64,000 nt of DNA from Bacilli bacterium (GCA_018401215.1 JAGYLA010000002.1:9880-73879), one strand, 5' to 3'; positions 1 through 15,117 are shown, counted from the stretch's first letter. The notes: generated by a model from the sequence alone, not told the origin. Program-made: numbers and translations.

Positions 1-5629
<5,629 letters not shown>

Positions 5630-5668
5630 CGATTAACTCCTATCCTTCATTATAGACCTTTGACTAGG

Positions 5669-5698
5669 AAAAAAAAAGCCAACGAGCTCTTCGTTGGC
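5669..5698 (-). terminator. Rho-independent terminator after glnS
   Basis: Minus sense reads GCCAACGA-AGAGC-TCGTTGGC followed by a T9 run, immediately 3' of the glnS stop. Confidence 0.6.
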
Positions 5699-5703
5699 GA
5701 GTA

Positions 5704-7332
5704 TTAAAATGATGATTTTAAGGAAACAATTCGGTTAAAGACAAATCGTTCTTCGGCGCGGTCTGTGTCAGGATCAATCACAAAGAATCCATTACGAATA
5801 AACTGAAAATGCGTGTCATCCTTTAAGTCAATCATCGAATCTTCAACGTACCCAAATTTTGTCACCAAGGATGCGTCATTGAAGCGTTCTTCAGCCGGCT
5901 CTTCGCCCTCATGAAGTAAGACATCATAAAGTCTAAACTCTGCGGCAAGGGAATCATTATTGACCCAGTGAATGGTTCCATTGGGCTTGCGGGCATCAAA
6001 ATCACTGCCTGACTTGGTTGCTTCGTCATACGTACAAAGTAACTCAATCACTTGACCATTACTATCTTTGACTACGTCATGACAATGAATAAAGTATGCA
6101 TGTCGCAAACGAACTTCCAACCCAAGAGACAATCGTTTCCACTTCTTATTGGGTTTTTCTTCCAAAAAATCACTTTGTTCAATGTATAGTTGGCGACTGA
6201 ACTTCAACGCGCGGTGACCAAGTGCTTCATTGTCGGCATTATATTCACCTTGAACCAGTTCATATTCCCCTTGAGGATAGTTGGTGATCGTCACCAAAAG
6301 GGGTTCAATGACGGCCATCGGACGACGCGCTTTGTCTTTCAGGTCTTGTCGCAAGTATTCTTCAAGCATCGCGTAATCGGTGGTTCCACCTTGTTTACTT
6401 AACCCAATTGCTAAGGCAAAATTCCAAATGGAATCCTTTGTGAACCCACGACGACGAAGTCCAGCAACCGTCGGCAAGCGAGGGTCATCCCAACCATTGA
6501 CCAATTGTTCTTCCACCAAACGTTTCAAATGCCGTTTGCTCATTACGGTATTGGTTAAGTTAAAGCGAGCAAACTCAATTTGACGTGGTGTATGAATGAC
6601 ATCGGTGTTGGCGACAACCCAGTCATAGAGTGGACGATGGTTTTCAAACTCAATCGAACATAGTGAATGGGTGACGCCTTCAATCGCATCTTCAAGTGGA
6701 TGGGCATAATCATACATCGGATAAATGCACCATTCATTGCCTGTTCGGTAATGTGTCATAAACATGACACGATACAAAATCGGATCACGCATGTTCATGT
6801 TTGAACTCGTTAAATCTATTTTTGCGCGAAGGACGCGTTCGCCTTCTTTGAAGGCACCGTTTCGCATTTGTTGAAACAACGTTAGGTTTTCTTCGACGGT
6901 TCGATCACGGTACTTGGATGGTGTTCCAGGTGTGGTTAACGACCCGCGCATGGTGCGAATTTCTTCTTCAGTGGAATCATCCACATATGCGAGTCCTTTT
7001 TTGATCAACCCAACCGCTAAGTTGTACATCATCTCAAAATAATCGGATGCATAATGTAATTCTTCCCAGTCAAGCCCAAGCCATGTAATGTCACGTTTGA
7101 TGCTTTCTGCATACTCTTCGGATTCCCCTGCGGGGTTGGTATCATCAAAACGCAAAAATGTCTTGCCGCCTACTTCGTGCGCCAAGTGATATTGATACAA
7201 AAAAGAAAACGCATGACCAATGTGCATATAGCCATTGGGTTCAGGCGGATATCGAGTAATGATTTCATCATGTTTTCCAGAGACCAAATCTTGGTTAATG
7301 ATGGTTTTGATAAAGTTCGAATTTTCGCTCAT
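5704..7332 (-). CDS. glnS: Glutaminyl-tRNA synthetase
   Basis: 542 aa. RYPPEPNGYMHIGHAFS (HIGH) and LTNTVMSKRHL (KMSKS variant) closely mirror E. coli GlnRS (FPPEPNGYLHIGHAKS / VMSKRKL). AGGAG SD. Confidence 0.9.
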   Translation of the reverse strand: MSENSNFIKTIINQDLVSGKHDEIITRYPPEPNGYMHIGHAFSFLYQYHLAHEVGGKTFLRFDDTNPAGESEEYAESIKRDITWLGLDWEELHYASDYFEMMYNLAVGLIKKGLAYVDDSTEEEIRTMRGSLTTPGTPSKYRDRTVEENLTLFQQMRNGAFKEGERVLRAKIDLTSSNMNMRDPILYRVMFMTHYRTGNEWCIYPMYDYAHPLEDAIEGVTHSLCSIEFENHRPLYDWVVANTDVIHTPRQIEFARFNLTNTVMSKRHLKRLVEEQLVNGWDDPRLPTVAGLRRRGFTKDSIWNFALAIGLSKQGGTTDYAMLEEYLRQDLKDKARRPMAVIEPLLVTITNYPQGEYELVQGEYNADNEALGHRALKFSRQLYIEQSDFLEEKPNKKWKRLSLGLEVRLRHAYFIHCHDVVKDSNGQVIELLCTYDEATKSGSDFDARKPNGTIHWVNNDSLAAEFRLYDVLLHEGEEPAEERFNDASLVTKFGYVEDSMIDLKDDTHFQFIRNGFFVIDPDTDRAEERFVFNRIVSLKSSF

Positions 7333-7376
7333 TAAAGGAACTCCTGTTGGTCCATTGTAGCAAATTCAACAAGACT

Positions 7377-7403
7377 AAAAAAGCCGAACCCAACGGGTTC
7401 GGC
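7377..7403 (-). terminator. Rho-independent terminator ending the S1-pgi-tsa gene string
   Basis: Minus sense reads GCCGAACCC-GTT-GGGTTCGGC followed by TTTTTT, 7 nt after the stop of the 460-aa ORF. Confidence 0.65.
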
Positions 7404-7409
7404 AATGTT

Positions 7410-8792
7410 TTACGATGCAAGCTCAATGTTTATTAAGAACTGTCCATCAACAACACCAATGCGGGTCACATTAAGTTGCGAAGTGACCTCACTGACTGCT
7501 TGATTGAAGGTGTCCACCGACACTCTGATGTTTCGACTATTTGGTTGAACTTCAAACAACCCATTCAACGTCAATTGTGCAAGAAACGGTTCAATTTGAT
7601 CCCCTTGAATCAACACATATTCTTCTGGAGTTTTGGAATCATCTTTCCCAAGCGTAATTGATTCTACTTGCAAGACCAAGTCATTGAATCCATCCAACGA
7701 CGTCATAATAATCTCTAACGGAATGGTATTTTCCATAAAGACCATTGGCACAATCAGTGACATGGTCGCCCCTTCCATTTCCACCCAAAGTGGTTCAAGA
7801 GAAAACAAGTTCGATACTGCAGGTGACCCAAACAACTCGTCCAAGTTCAGGTCTTGAAGTTGTTGCGTCAATACAACATTTAAATCTTCTTCATTCAGGA
7901 AATATTCATTCGTCGTTAAACTAACGCCTTCAATGAAATCAAATTCAATCCCACTTAAAATTTCCACGAACAATTCCGTAAAGATGAGGTTTGCTTCCCC
8001 ACGATATTGTTTCAATGGAATGTCACCAGTCAGTTTATCCACATCAACAAACAATTTGAGTTTTGGTGTTTCACCATCCACCTCAAATCGAACCAACTCT
8101 TCTTTGACAATCAAGGAAGCAAAGAACGCTTCTTGTTCCGTCAAGGATTCTTCGATCAGGAGGTTTTTATCAATAACCAGCGACAATGCTTGAACATCCA
8201 ACTCAACTCCATTACCACCAAACGTTGTTTGACTTACGTCTGATTCATCCAATATTGCATTAATAATCGGGCGAACTGCAAAGGCAGGAAGTGGAATGTT
8301 TCCTACTTGCAAGCGAGAATAATTGATTTCAAATACATCTGGATTGTCAATCACTTCAAAGTCAAATCGGACTCTTGTTTGAAAAGGAATCCCCACCGTG
8401 CGCAATCCAACATTGACCGAGATCACATTATCCAGCAAACGTACCCAAATGCCAGTGACACCGACTGTACCGATTGCTTGATCACTGTTTGAGACCAAAA
8501 ATTCACACGCTTCAGTCTCGCATGAAGACCCAGGGGCATAGTCAGGATTGATGGTTTCTACATAGTAGCTATATAAAAACTGATTGATGAATTGTTCGTC
8601 AAGTTCCACCATCAATTGGCCTGCTTGCAGTGTTGAGACGGTATCTTCGATTTGAGTTGCTAGTAACGTACTCGTTGGCATATATTCGTAGGCATCAATC
8701 GGGATGGCAGGAGAAAAATCAAACAGCATTACAATACCAAGTGCCGGTAACGCTAAGATGGATAAGATTATGGCAAACAATGCTTTTATCAT
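7410..8792 (-). CDS. Hypothetical membrane-anchored protein (one N-terminal TM helix and a large extracytoplasmic part)
   Basis: 460-aa ORF. N-terminus MIKALFAIILSILALPALGIVMLF is hydrophobic. Start abuts/overlaps the tsaD stop at 8792. I recognise no family motif. Confidence 0.6.
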   Translation of the reverse strand: MIKALFAIILSILALPALGIVMLFDFSPAIPIDAYEYMPTSTLLATQIEDTVSTLQAGQLMVELDEQFINQFLYSYYVETINPDYAPGSSCETEACEFLVSNSDQAIGTVGVTGIWVRLLDNVISVNVGLRTVGIPFQTRVRFDFEVIDNPDVFEINYSRLQVGNIPLPAFAVRPIINAILDESDVSQTTFGGNGVELDVQALSLVIDKNLLIEESLTEQEAFFASLIVKEELVRFEVDGETPKLKLFVDVDKLTGDIPLKQYRGEANLIFTELFVEILSGIEFDFIEGVSLTTNEYFLNEEDLNVVLTQQLQDLNLDELFGSPAVSNLFSLEPLWVEMEGATMSLIVPMVFMENTIPLEIIMTSLDGFNDLVLQVESITLGKDDSKTPEEYVLIQGDQIEPFLAQLTLNGLFEVQPNSRNIRVSVDTFNQAVSEVTSQLNVTRIGVVDGQFLINIELAS

Positions 8793-9802
8793 CAGAAGTC
8801 TCCTTGGTTGAAAATGTCACTATGGACACTTCCATCTAGCTCAATTGTATCAAACGGCTCATGATTTCTTATCATGGCAAATGCAGCTGCACCAATCATC
8901 GCAGCGTTGTCGGTACAATATTCTAATTTCGGAACAACAACATCAAACTCCCCTTGATATGCTTCGATCGCATTACGTAATCCAAGGTTTGCACTCACAC
9001 CACCAACAACAGCAACTTGTTTTACTTGGAAGGTGCGCGCAGCTAGAATGGTTTTTTTGACCAGGGTATCAACAACCGTTTCTTGAAAAGAAGCACACAC
9101 ATCTGCAACTCGAATTGCTTCCCCGCGCTGCGTTTCATTGTGAATCAAGTTGATGACTGCAGACTTTAATCCGGAAAATGAAAAATCAAATCCCGCCTCG
9201 TCTTTCATCGGTGTTGGGAGTGAATAACTTGCAACACCTTTTACCGCAAGTTGATCGATCAGTGGGCCACCAGGATATCCCAATCCAAGCGTACGAGCGA
9301 CCTTATCATACGCTTCACCCACCGCATCGTCTTTGGTTGCCCCAAGTAGTTCATACACCCCATCCTCAGGCATGTAAATCAATTCGGTGTGACCCCCTGA
9401 TACTAGTAACGCAACCAGAGGATACTGCATCGTATGCGAAAGAGAAATCGCATGAATGTGGCCTTTCAAATGATTGACACCAAGCAAAGGAATGTTATGT
9501 ACATAACCAAATGCTTTGGCCGCATTGATGCCAACCAGTAACGCCCCAATCAAACCTGGTCCTTTGGTCACTGCGACCACATCAATGTCAGTCGGTTTCA
9601 AATGGGCTTGATGAAGTGCTTCTTGAATGACTCGTTGAATGCTCGTCACATGATGTCTAGAAGCGACTTCAGGAACCACACCACCAAATGCCGCATGAAT
9701 ATCCATTTGAGAGACAATGACGTTACTCAACACTTGATGTTGACTCGAAACAACACTTGCTGCAGTCTCATCGCAGCTTGTTTCAATCGCTAGAATGTTC
9801 AT
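8792..9802 (-). CDS. tsaD: tRNA N6-adenosine threonylcarbamoyltransferase TsaD
   Basis: 336 aa. ILAIETSCDETA, metal-binding HL.GH motif (NHLKGHI) and SGGHTEL. Sits in a tsaE-tsaB-rimI-tsaD context. Confidence 0.93.
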   Translation of the reverse strand: MNILAIETSCDETAASVVSSQHQVLSNVIVSQMDIHAAFGGVVPEVASRHHVTSIQRVIQEALHQAHLKPTDIDVVAVTKGPGLIGALLVGINAAKAFGYVHNIPLLGVNHLKGHIHAISLSHTMQYPLVALLVSGGHTELIYMPEDGVYELLGATKDDAVGEAYDKVARTLGLGYPGGPLIDQLAVKGVASYSLPTPMKDEAGFDFSFSGLKSAVINLIHNETQRGEAIRVADVCASFQETVVDTLVKKTILAARTFQVKQVAVVGGVSANLGLRNAIEAYQGEFDVVVPKLEYCTDNAAMIGAAAFAMIRNHEPFDTIELDGSVHSDIFNQGDF

Positions 9803-10233
9803 TGGCTTCTCCGTTCATGCACCATAAATACTGCATCGCTTCCATCAGGATAATAGTTAGGAATGTGTTTGATTCCATCAAACCCCAGTGATTCATACAG
9901 TTGTTTTGCGACAGCATTGGTCTTACTCACTTCCAAACTAATGAATTGGATCGAGCGTGTGTCACACTCTTGAATCAATTGTGTAAGAAGGGCTGTAGCA
10001 AGGCCTTGACGACGAGCAATCGGCAAAACAAATAAGTTTTCAATTTGAACATGTTCTCCGTTTTGCGAACAAAGTACGGCTCCGGTTCGCTCAACACCGT
10101 CTGATACATACCCAAACAAGCTTCCTAAACGAAACAATGTTTGATAATGTTCTTCCCCCAGTGATGTTCCAAAGATGATGTTCTCCTGCAAGACAATCCA
10201 AGGCAAATCATCCACCAACAACGGGCGAATCAT
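9799..10233 (-). CDS. rimI: Ribosomal-protein-alanine N-acetyltransferase (GNAT)
   Basis: GNAT motif RRQGLATALL. The ORF track starts at 10245, but the ATG at 10233 forms an ATGA overlap with the tsaB stop and gives the typical MIRPL start. The exact start is uncertain. Confidence 0.8.
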   Translation of the reverse strand: MIRPLLVDDLPWIVLQENIIFGTSLGEEHYQTLFRLGSLFGYVSDGVERTGAVLCSQNGEHVQIENLFVLPIARRQGLATALLTQLIQECDTRSIQFISLEVSKTNAVAKQLYESLGFDGIKHIPNYYPDGSDAVFMVHERRSQ

Positions 10234-10790
10234 GAAGTTTCCCATTCTCTGGCGTAATTGGGTCCAAAGGCAATGACGTCCTCGACAAAATGCACTGGTA
10301 ATTTTGCCACATCAACCCTGACATCAAACGGTTCGATGGCTCGTGCCATCCCACATTTTTGATTCCACTCTTCAAGTGGATAATAGTGTGGTGGATGAAC
10401 CACATCCACCGTGTCTTGGACATCATACACCGCACCAAGTACGGTATGTTTCTTCATCGGAATGCTAACTGCAATCATGCCTTGAAAGGCAGTAGCGTAT
10501 AACGCAAGTGAATCAAACGAAAACAATGGAATACTACATTCGGTGGCGAACGTTTTCGCTATTGTGACAGCTATGCGTACCCCTGTGTAAGACCCTGGTC
10601 CTTGGCCCACATAAATGGCTTCTAAGTCACATGGTGTGATTTGATGGTTGCGAAGTAAGCGATCGATTTGTGGTAACAAATATTTGGAGTGATCGTTATC
10701 ACCTTGTTCGACAATCGACTCGATCAATGTGTTGTTGGTAAACAAACTAACAAAACGAAATTGGCTCGAAGAATCAATCAGTAACTTCAT
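10230..10790 (-). CDS. tsaB: tRNA threonylcarbamoyladenosine biosynthesis protein TsaB
   Basis: 186 aa, YeaZ-like (GPGSYTGVRIAVTIAK). GGAGGG SD. Flanked by tsaE and rimI/tsaD. Confidence 0.85.
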   Translation of the reverse strand: MKLLIDSSSQFRFVSLFTNNTLIESIVEQGDNDHSKYLLPQIDRLLRNHQITPCDLEAIYVGQGPGSYTGVRIAVTIAKTFATECSIPLFSFDSLALYATAFQGMIAVSIPMKKHTVLGAVYDVQDTVDVVHPPHYYPLEEWNQKCGMARAIEPFDVRVDVAKLPVHFVEDVIAFGPNYAREWETS

Positions 10791-11233
10791 AATCCCTCCA
10801 CCATCGCTGCATACGTATGGTCATACGTCAACGTTATTGTGCACGTATCCCCGACCCGGTGCATCACAATCGACAATCCGTGTTCAATGCTTTGAGCGAT
10901 GTGCTCACTCCACTCAATGACCGCAACCCCTGGTTGATAGATTGCGTCTTCAATGTCTCCATCAAACCCAATTCCGTTCAATCGATAAGCATCAATATGG
11001 GTCAAGCGAAGTCGACCGTCATATTGTTTCATGATGGTAAATGTTGGAGACGTCACGGTATTCTTAATCCCAAGCCCCAAAGCAATGCCTTTGGTGATTG
11101 TTGTTTTTCCTACCCCTAAGTCCCCGTTTAACGTAATAATAGCGCCATCAAACGCCTGTTCTCCCAGGTGTTTTCCGACCGCAATCGTTTGTGCTTCGCT
11201 CGTTGTGATTAGTTGTTTATTCATCAGTGTCAT
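10787..11233 (-). CDS. tsaE: tRNA t6A ATPase TsaE
   Basis: P-loop LNGDLGVGKTTITKG, SPTFTI and HIDAYRL motifs. Start is ambiguous: TTG at 11278 (ORF track), ATG at 11233, or ATG at 11224. Confidence 0.85.
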   Translation of the reverse strand: MTLMNKQLITTSEAQTIAVGKHLGEQAFDGAIITLNGDLGVGKTTITKGIALGLGIKNTVTSPTFTIMKQYDGRLRLTHIDAYRLNGIGFDGDIEDAIYQPGVAVIEWSEHIAQSIEHGLSIVMHRVGDTCTITLTYDHTYAAMVEGL

Positions 11234-11270
11234 TATACCAAGTAAAAAACAAACATCCGAAGATGTTTGT

Positions 11271-11780
11271 TTACTCAAAGAACGATTGATAATAGCTTAA
11301 TAAGGTTGCTTCTTGTTCACTGGTTAGTGGCGGGATGACACCATCAACCATCCGGTGACCGGGAACGGTTCCTACATGTGCCAGCGTGATTTGACCTTGC
11401 GTCACTTGAAGGACAATCGGCATATACAGTTCATCATACAACCGAGCATCGTAATTGGCTAAAAAGGACGTTGCTTGAATTTGACGAATCAAAGCTTGGA
11501 CTGAAGCAGAGTCCCCCTCACGAAATGATACCCCGTTGAAATACTCTACTCGTTGATTGGCTCCTGCTGCAACACGATTTAACAATGGAATCGCGAGTTG
11601 ACTCCACTCACTATTTGGATTGGCAATCACGATGATTGCATCTCCAAGCAACAAGTTCAATAATTCTTCTTCATCCACTTGATACAACATGACTTGTCCA
11701 GTTAAGCCGTCATAATCATCGTTGTTTGGTTGACATGCCACAAGCATTAACACACTTAAGACGAGGCCAACAAGTTTCAT
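11271..11780 (-). CDS. Hypothetical lipoprotein
   Basis: 169 aa. The signal peptide carries a lipobox (MKLVGLVLSVLMLVAC). Overlaps the pgi stop and the maximal TTG-started tsaE ORF. No family recognised. Confidence 0.6.
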   Translation of the reverse strand: MKLVGLVLSVLMLVACQPNNDDYDGLTGQVMLYQVDEEELLNLLLGDAIIVIANPNSEWSQLAIPLLNRVAAGANQRVEYFNGVSFREGDSASVQALIRQIQATSFLANYDARLYDELYMPIVLQVTQGQITLAHVGTVPGHRMVDGVIPPLTSEQEATLLSYYQSFFE

Positions 11781-13048
11781 TTTTTCGGTTTTCCTAATAA
11801 CGCAAACATATTACGCTTGTAATGTTCCACACCTGGTTGATCAAATGGATTCACACCAATCATATATCCACTCATCGCACACGCTAATTCCATTGTGTAA
11901 ATCAAATAGCCCAAATGAAACTCATCACGTTTTCCTAAGTGAAAGATTAATTGTGGAACATCCCCATCCAAATGCGCCTGCATGGTCCCTAGCATCGCAA
12001 ATCGATTAATCTCTTGGAGGGATTTCCCCGCCAAGTAATTCAATTCATCCAAATCAGACTCCATCAATGGAACCGTGACTGGATGACGAGATTCATCAAC
12101 GAAAATGACCGTCTCAAACAAATGGCGTTCCCCTTCTTGCACATACTGGCCCATCGAATGCAAATCCGTCGAATACGTGACACTCGCAGGAAACAATCCT
12201 ACGTTGTCTTTGCCTTCCGATTCACCAAACAGTTGTTTCCACCATTCACCAAACATGGTGAGTGTGGGTTCAAAGGCCACAAGGAGTTCTATCTTTCGGC
12301 CTTGGCCTTGGTACAGTGCATGTCGAAATGCTGCATATTGATACGCAAGGTTGCTAGAAAGGTCTTCTGCACTAGCGTCCGCTTTGGCTTGTTTGGCGCC
12401 ATGAAGTAATGCTCGTAAATCAAAGCCTAAAATCGCAAATGTTAACAACCCAACTGGGGTCAATACGGAGTATCGTCCCCCAACATCGTCGGGAATAATA
12501 TATTGTTCAAACCCTTCATTGACCGCAAGAGTCTTTAAGGCTCCTTTGTTTGCATCGGTAATTGCCACCACGTGCTTGGCGTATTCAGGATCTTGTTGTT
12601 TGAGTTGGTTCAATAATAAACGAAAGGCAATCGCTGGTTCTGTCGTGGTTCCTGATTTACTAATCACAATCAACCCAAAGCGTTTGCCCTTAACTTCTTC
12701 TAACAAGTCATACATTGCGTCACTTGAAATCGTTTGACCTGCATAGCGAAGTTTAGAGGTCGCAAGCGGCGACGACAAGAAGCGTTCGCCCATAATGTTT
12801 CCCAAATACGACCCACCAATCCCGATTGAGATGATAATGTCACACGATTCATTTAGTCTTGCTGCTGTTGCAGTCAAGCGCTGAATCATCGTTTCATCCA
12901 TCAAATCAGGTGTATCCATCCAACCTAAAAATTCACCACCAGCGCCACTACGATTTTGAATCGTTTGATGCAATCGTGAAACAATTGGTTGATACACTGC
13001 GTGGTCTAAATCAACTCCATGTGCTTCTAATGTTAATGGGTTACTCAT
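11777..13048 (-). CDS. pgi: Glucose-6-phosphate isomerase
   Basis: 423 aa. IGIGGSYLG, SKSGTTTEP, DDVGGRYSVLT and FGESEGK motifs are typical of short Gram-positive Pgi. AGGAG SD. Confidence 0.92.
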   Translation of the reverse strand: MSNPLTLEAHGVDLDHAVYQPIVSRLHQTIQNRSGAGGEFLGWMDTPDLMDETMIQRLTATAARLNESCDIIISIGIGGSYLGNIMGERFLSSPLATSKLRYAGQTISSDAMYDLLEEVKGKRFGLIVISKSGTTTEPAIAFRLLLNQLKQQDPEYAKHVVAITDANKGALKTLAVNEGFEQYIIPDDVGGRYSVLTPVGLLTFAILGFDLRALLHGAKQAKADASAEDLSSNLAYQYAAFRHALYQGQGRKIELLVAFEPTLTMFGEWWKQLFGESEGKDNVGLFPASVTYSTDLHSMGQYVQEGERHLFETVIFVDESRHPVTVPLMESDLDELNYLAGKSLQEINRFAMLGTMQAHLDGDVPQLIFHLGKRDEFHLGYLIYTMELACAMSGYMIGVNPFDQPGVEHYKRNMFALLGKPKK

Positions 13049-13370
13049 CGTGTTTGATCTCCTTTAATTTATAGTCAATCCAAAGTGGTAATTGTTCTTC
13101 CAACGTCTTAAATCCTGGGGAAAAATAACGGTTGATCGATGGACGTTTGATCGCCTTATAACTCAGCTTCATCTTTTGTGTGGCCTTATCAATCCCAATC
13201 ACTTCCAAATCAATCACATCGCCAACTCGAAAAAAGTCATTGATGTTTTTGACAAACTTATCAGAAATCTCTGAGATATGAATCAATCCATCTTGACCAT
13301 CTACTTTGACAAACACACCGTAATCAACGATGCTTGTGACAACCGCTTTGACAATATCATGTTCTTTCAT
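13041..13370 (-). CDS. S1 RNA-binding domain protein (YabR/GSP13-like)
   Basis: 109 aa. GVFVKVDGQDGLIHISEIS is an S1 OB-fold signature. 8-nt overlap with the pgi start. Confidence 0.8.
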   Translation of the reverse strand: MKEHDIVKAVVTSIVDYGVFVKVDGQDGLIHISEISDKFVKNINDFFRVGDVIDLEVIGIDKATQKMKLSYKAIKRPSINRYFSPGFKTLEEQLPLWIDYKLKEIKHDE

Positions 13371-13410
13371 GCGTTCACAAACTTTCTAGCCTTATTATAC
13401 AAGGTAAACG

Positions 13411-13434
13411 GAAAAAAAACGCCCTAGGAGCGTT
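13411..13434 (-). terminator. Rho-independent terminator after the yutD-nifU-yutG-like operon
   Basis: Minus sense reads AACGCTC-CTA-GGGCGTT followed by T8. The hairpin includes the stop codon of the PgpA-like gene. Confidence 0.55.
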
Positions 13435-13924
13435 TCCCGTTATTGTGCGCAATGCGACTTGCTGCTGCTGCTGCAATGGCAGCAATAATATCGTCAGTGA
13501 AGGTCATGCATTGATCGTTTTCTTTACCGATTTGATCAATCTTACCAACAATACCAACTTTGGCTTTGTCGACATACCCAAAGTTCGTTAAACCAATCGA
13601 CCCATAAATATTAACAATCCCTAATGCTAAAATTTCATCGACTCCATACAACCCCATGTCTGAATGCACAATGTCTTGAAGTGGTTGTGGAAGCATTTGT
13701 TTCTCCGCGAGTTCATCCAGCGCAATGCCAGTAAACACGACATGCTGAACTTCTGTTTTCTCTAATACTTTTTGAACATTATGCAAACAAAAATCCATCG
13801 TCAAGTCGGCAAAATAGTCTTTTTGGATTAAAAACGTCACTTCAGCGATGTCCTGTAAGGAGACGCCTCGTGACGCTAATAAATCGATTGCTTTTTGTTG
13901 TTGGTTCAAATCAACCCAAGCCAT
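13424..13924 (-). CDS. Phosphatidylglycerophosphatase A-like protein (YutG family)
   Basis: 166 aa. Size, the IAAIAAAAASRIA C-terminal helix and the neighbourhood (NifU-like plus YutD-like) match B. subtilis yutG. The assignment is from memory of the family. Confidence 0.65.
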   Translation of the reverse strand: MAWVDLNQQQKAIDLLASRGVSLQDIAEVTFLIQKDYFADLTMDFCLHNVQKVLEKTEVQHVVFTGIALDELAEKQMLPQPLQDIVHSDMGLYGVDEILALGIVNIYGSIGLTNFGYVDKAKVGIVGKIDQIGKENDQCMTFTDDIIAAIAAAAASRIAHNNGKRS

Positions 13925-14163
13925 TAAATCGCTTCAACCGCCAAGATTCCAGGAATTTCTTCCAACACAATGGTTTCAATTCCTTGTTTCAACGTAATCG
14001 TACTTGCAGCACACCCAATACATGCACCTAAGAGTTCGATATATAAGATATTGTCTTTGATTTCAACATATCGCATATCTCCTCCATCGCGTTGAATGAA
14101 GGGACGTATTTTCGTGATCAGTTCGCGAGCTTGTTGTTCTACTTCGTTATTCACGATTCTCAT
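13924..14163 (-). CDS. NifU C-terminal-domain (Nfu-type) Fe-S scaffold-like protein
   Basis: 79 aa with RPFIQRDGGDMRYVEI and the GACIGC CxxC motif. The SD GGGAG lies directly against the ATG at 14163, so the GTG at 14154 may be the true start. Confidence 0.8.
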   Translation of the reverse strand: MRIVNNEVEQQARELITKIRPFIQRDGGDMRYVEIKDNILYIELLGACIGCAASTITLKQGIETIVLEEIPGILAVEAI

Positions 14164-14425
14164 CTCCCTTGACCCGTCTTACAATATAAAATGCACAGCC
14201 ATAGGCACATGAATTCATAATGTAATCTGGGATATATTTATAATTCTTTTCTTTGTCGTTGTGATAAAAACCTTTGAGACGTAAAAGTCCCGCTGAGTAA
14301 TCCCCAGTGATGTAATCATATTTATCAAACAACTCATCAATATATTTGGAAGAAAACTCTTCCTCATTAAAGCAGTCACGATGATCTCGCAAAAGCTCGA
14401 ATTCTCTATCTTGGACAACAATCAT
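14147..14425 (-). CDS. YutD-like (DUF1027) protein
   Basis: 92 aa. YDYITGDYSAGLLRLKGF resembles the YutD family. Overlaps the next gene by 17 nt. Confidence 0.6.
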   Translation of the reverse strand: MIVVQDREFELLRDHRDCFNEEEFSSKYIDELFDKYDYITGDYSAGLLRLKGFYHNDKEKNYKYIPDYIMNSCAYGCAFYIVRRVKGDENRE

Positions 14426-14448
14426 AACTTGTTCTCAATCCTACTTGT

Positions 14449-14477
14449 ATTATAGTAACTCTCTAAGTAATTAGCAA
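14449..14477 (-). promoter_or_regulatory. Candidate sigma-A promoter for the yutD-like operon
   Basis: Minus sense reads TTGCTA-N17-TATAAT (-35 at 14472..14477, -10 at 14449..14454), about 25 nt upstream of the ATG. Confidence 0.4.
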
Positions 14478-14482
14478 TTGAA

Positions 14483-15040
14483 TTACTCACTCGTTGAATC
14501 AAGGCTGTTGCGACGTTCTTGCATGTATTTTTCTTGGCGCTCCAAATACTCATTGAGTTTGGTTTCACCATGCAGTGCAATCAATCGTTCTCGCATCGTA
14601 TCTCGAGCAACGGATTGTTGTCGCCGAACACTAAATGTGAGAATCAAAAGCATCGTCATGGTTCCTATCGCAATCCCATAAAGACTCGAAAAGGCAAACT
14701 GAATCTCAAACACTTCAATCAATACACCAACAATGATCGAGACAGCAAATCCACCAATAAAGGCAGAAACAAACTTCTTCTTATAAATCTCTGTGTAGTA
14801 CTGATGCACGATAAGAAGTGATTGTGCAGAATAATAGTCAGGAATCAAATCGTAAATTTGTTTCTCAAGTAATAGTGAAATGGATTTCGGTTTGGCCTGC
14901 ATAAAAAACAACTGTTGGCGCAATGCCTCTTCTTTGAAATCATAGCGGTCTAAAAAATAGACATTCACATCAATCGATTCAATCGTGTATTGAACATCTG
15001 GTTCAAGCAATGCATTGAAATATTCTTTCGTGTTTACCAT
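14483..15040 (-). CDS. Hypothetical membrane protein (two central TM helices)
   Basis: 185-aa ORF. Hydrophobic segments FIGGFAVSIIVGVLIEVF and LYGIAIGTMTMLLILTF. No recognised motif. Confidence 0.5.
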   Translation of the reverse strand: MVNTKEYFNALLEPDVQYTIESIDVNVYFLDRYDFKEEALRQQLFFMQAKPKSISLLLEKQIYDLIPDYYSAQSLLIVHQYYTEIYKKKFVSAFIGGFAVSIIVGVLIEVFEIQFAFSSLYGIAIGTMTMLLILTFSVRRQQSVARDTMRERLIALHGETKLNEYLERQEKYMQERRNSLDSTSE

Positions 15041-15117
15041 ATTTTATCTGCGTCATTCCAATGGGTGACATTCTGTGTGTGAGTTATTCTAACACACACA
15101 CCGGAATGCACTGTGTT

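Noticed and set aside
10208-10438. A 76-aa minus-strand ORF overlapping tsaB and rimI
   Set aside because: It lies in an alternative frame, wholly within well-supported genes.
15041-15117. GT/CA inverted repeat (GTGTGTGAG...CACACACAC) between orf185 and ispF
   Set aside because: It can form a hairpin but has no U-tract on either strand, so I cannot call it a terminator or a regulatory site.
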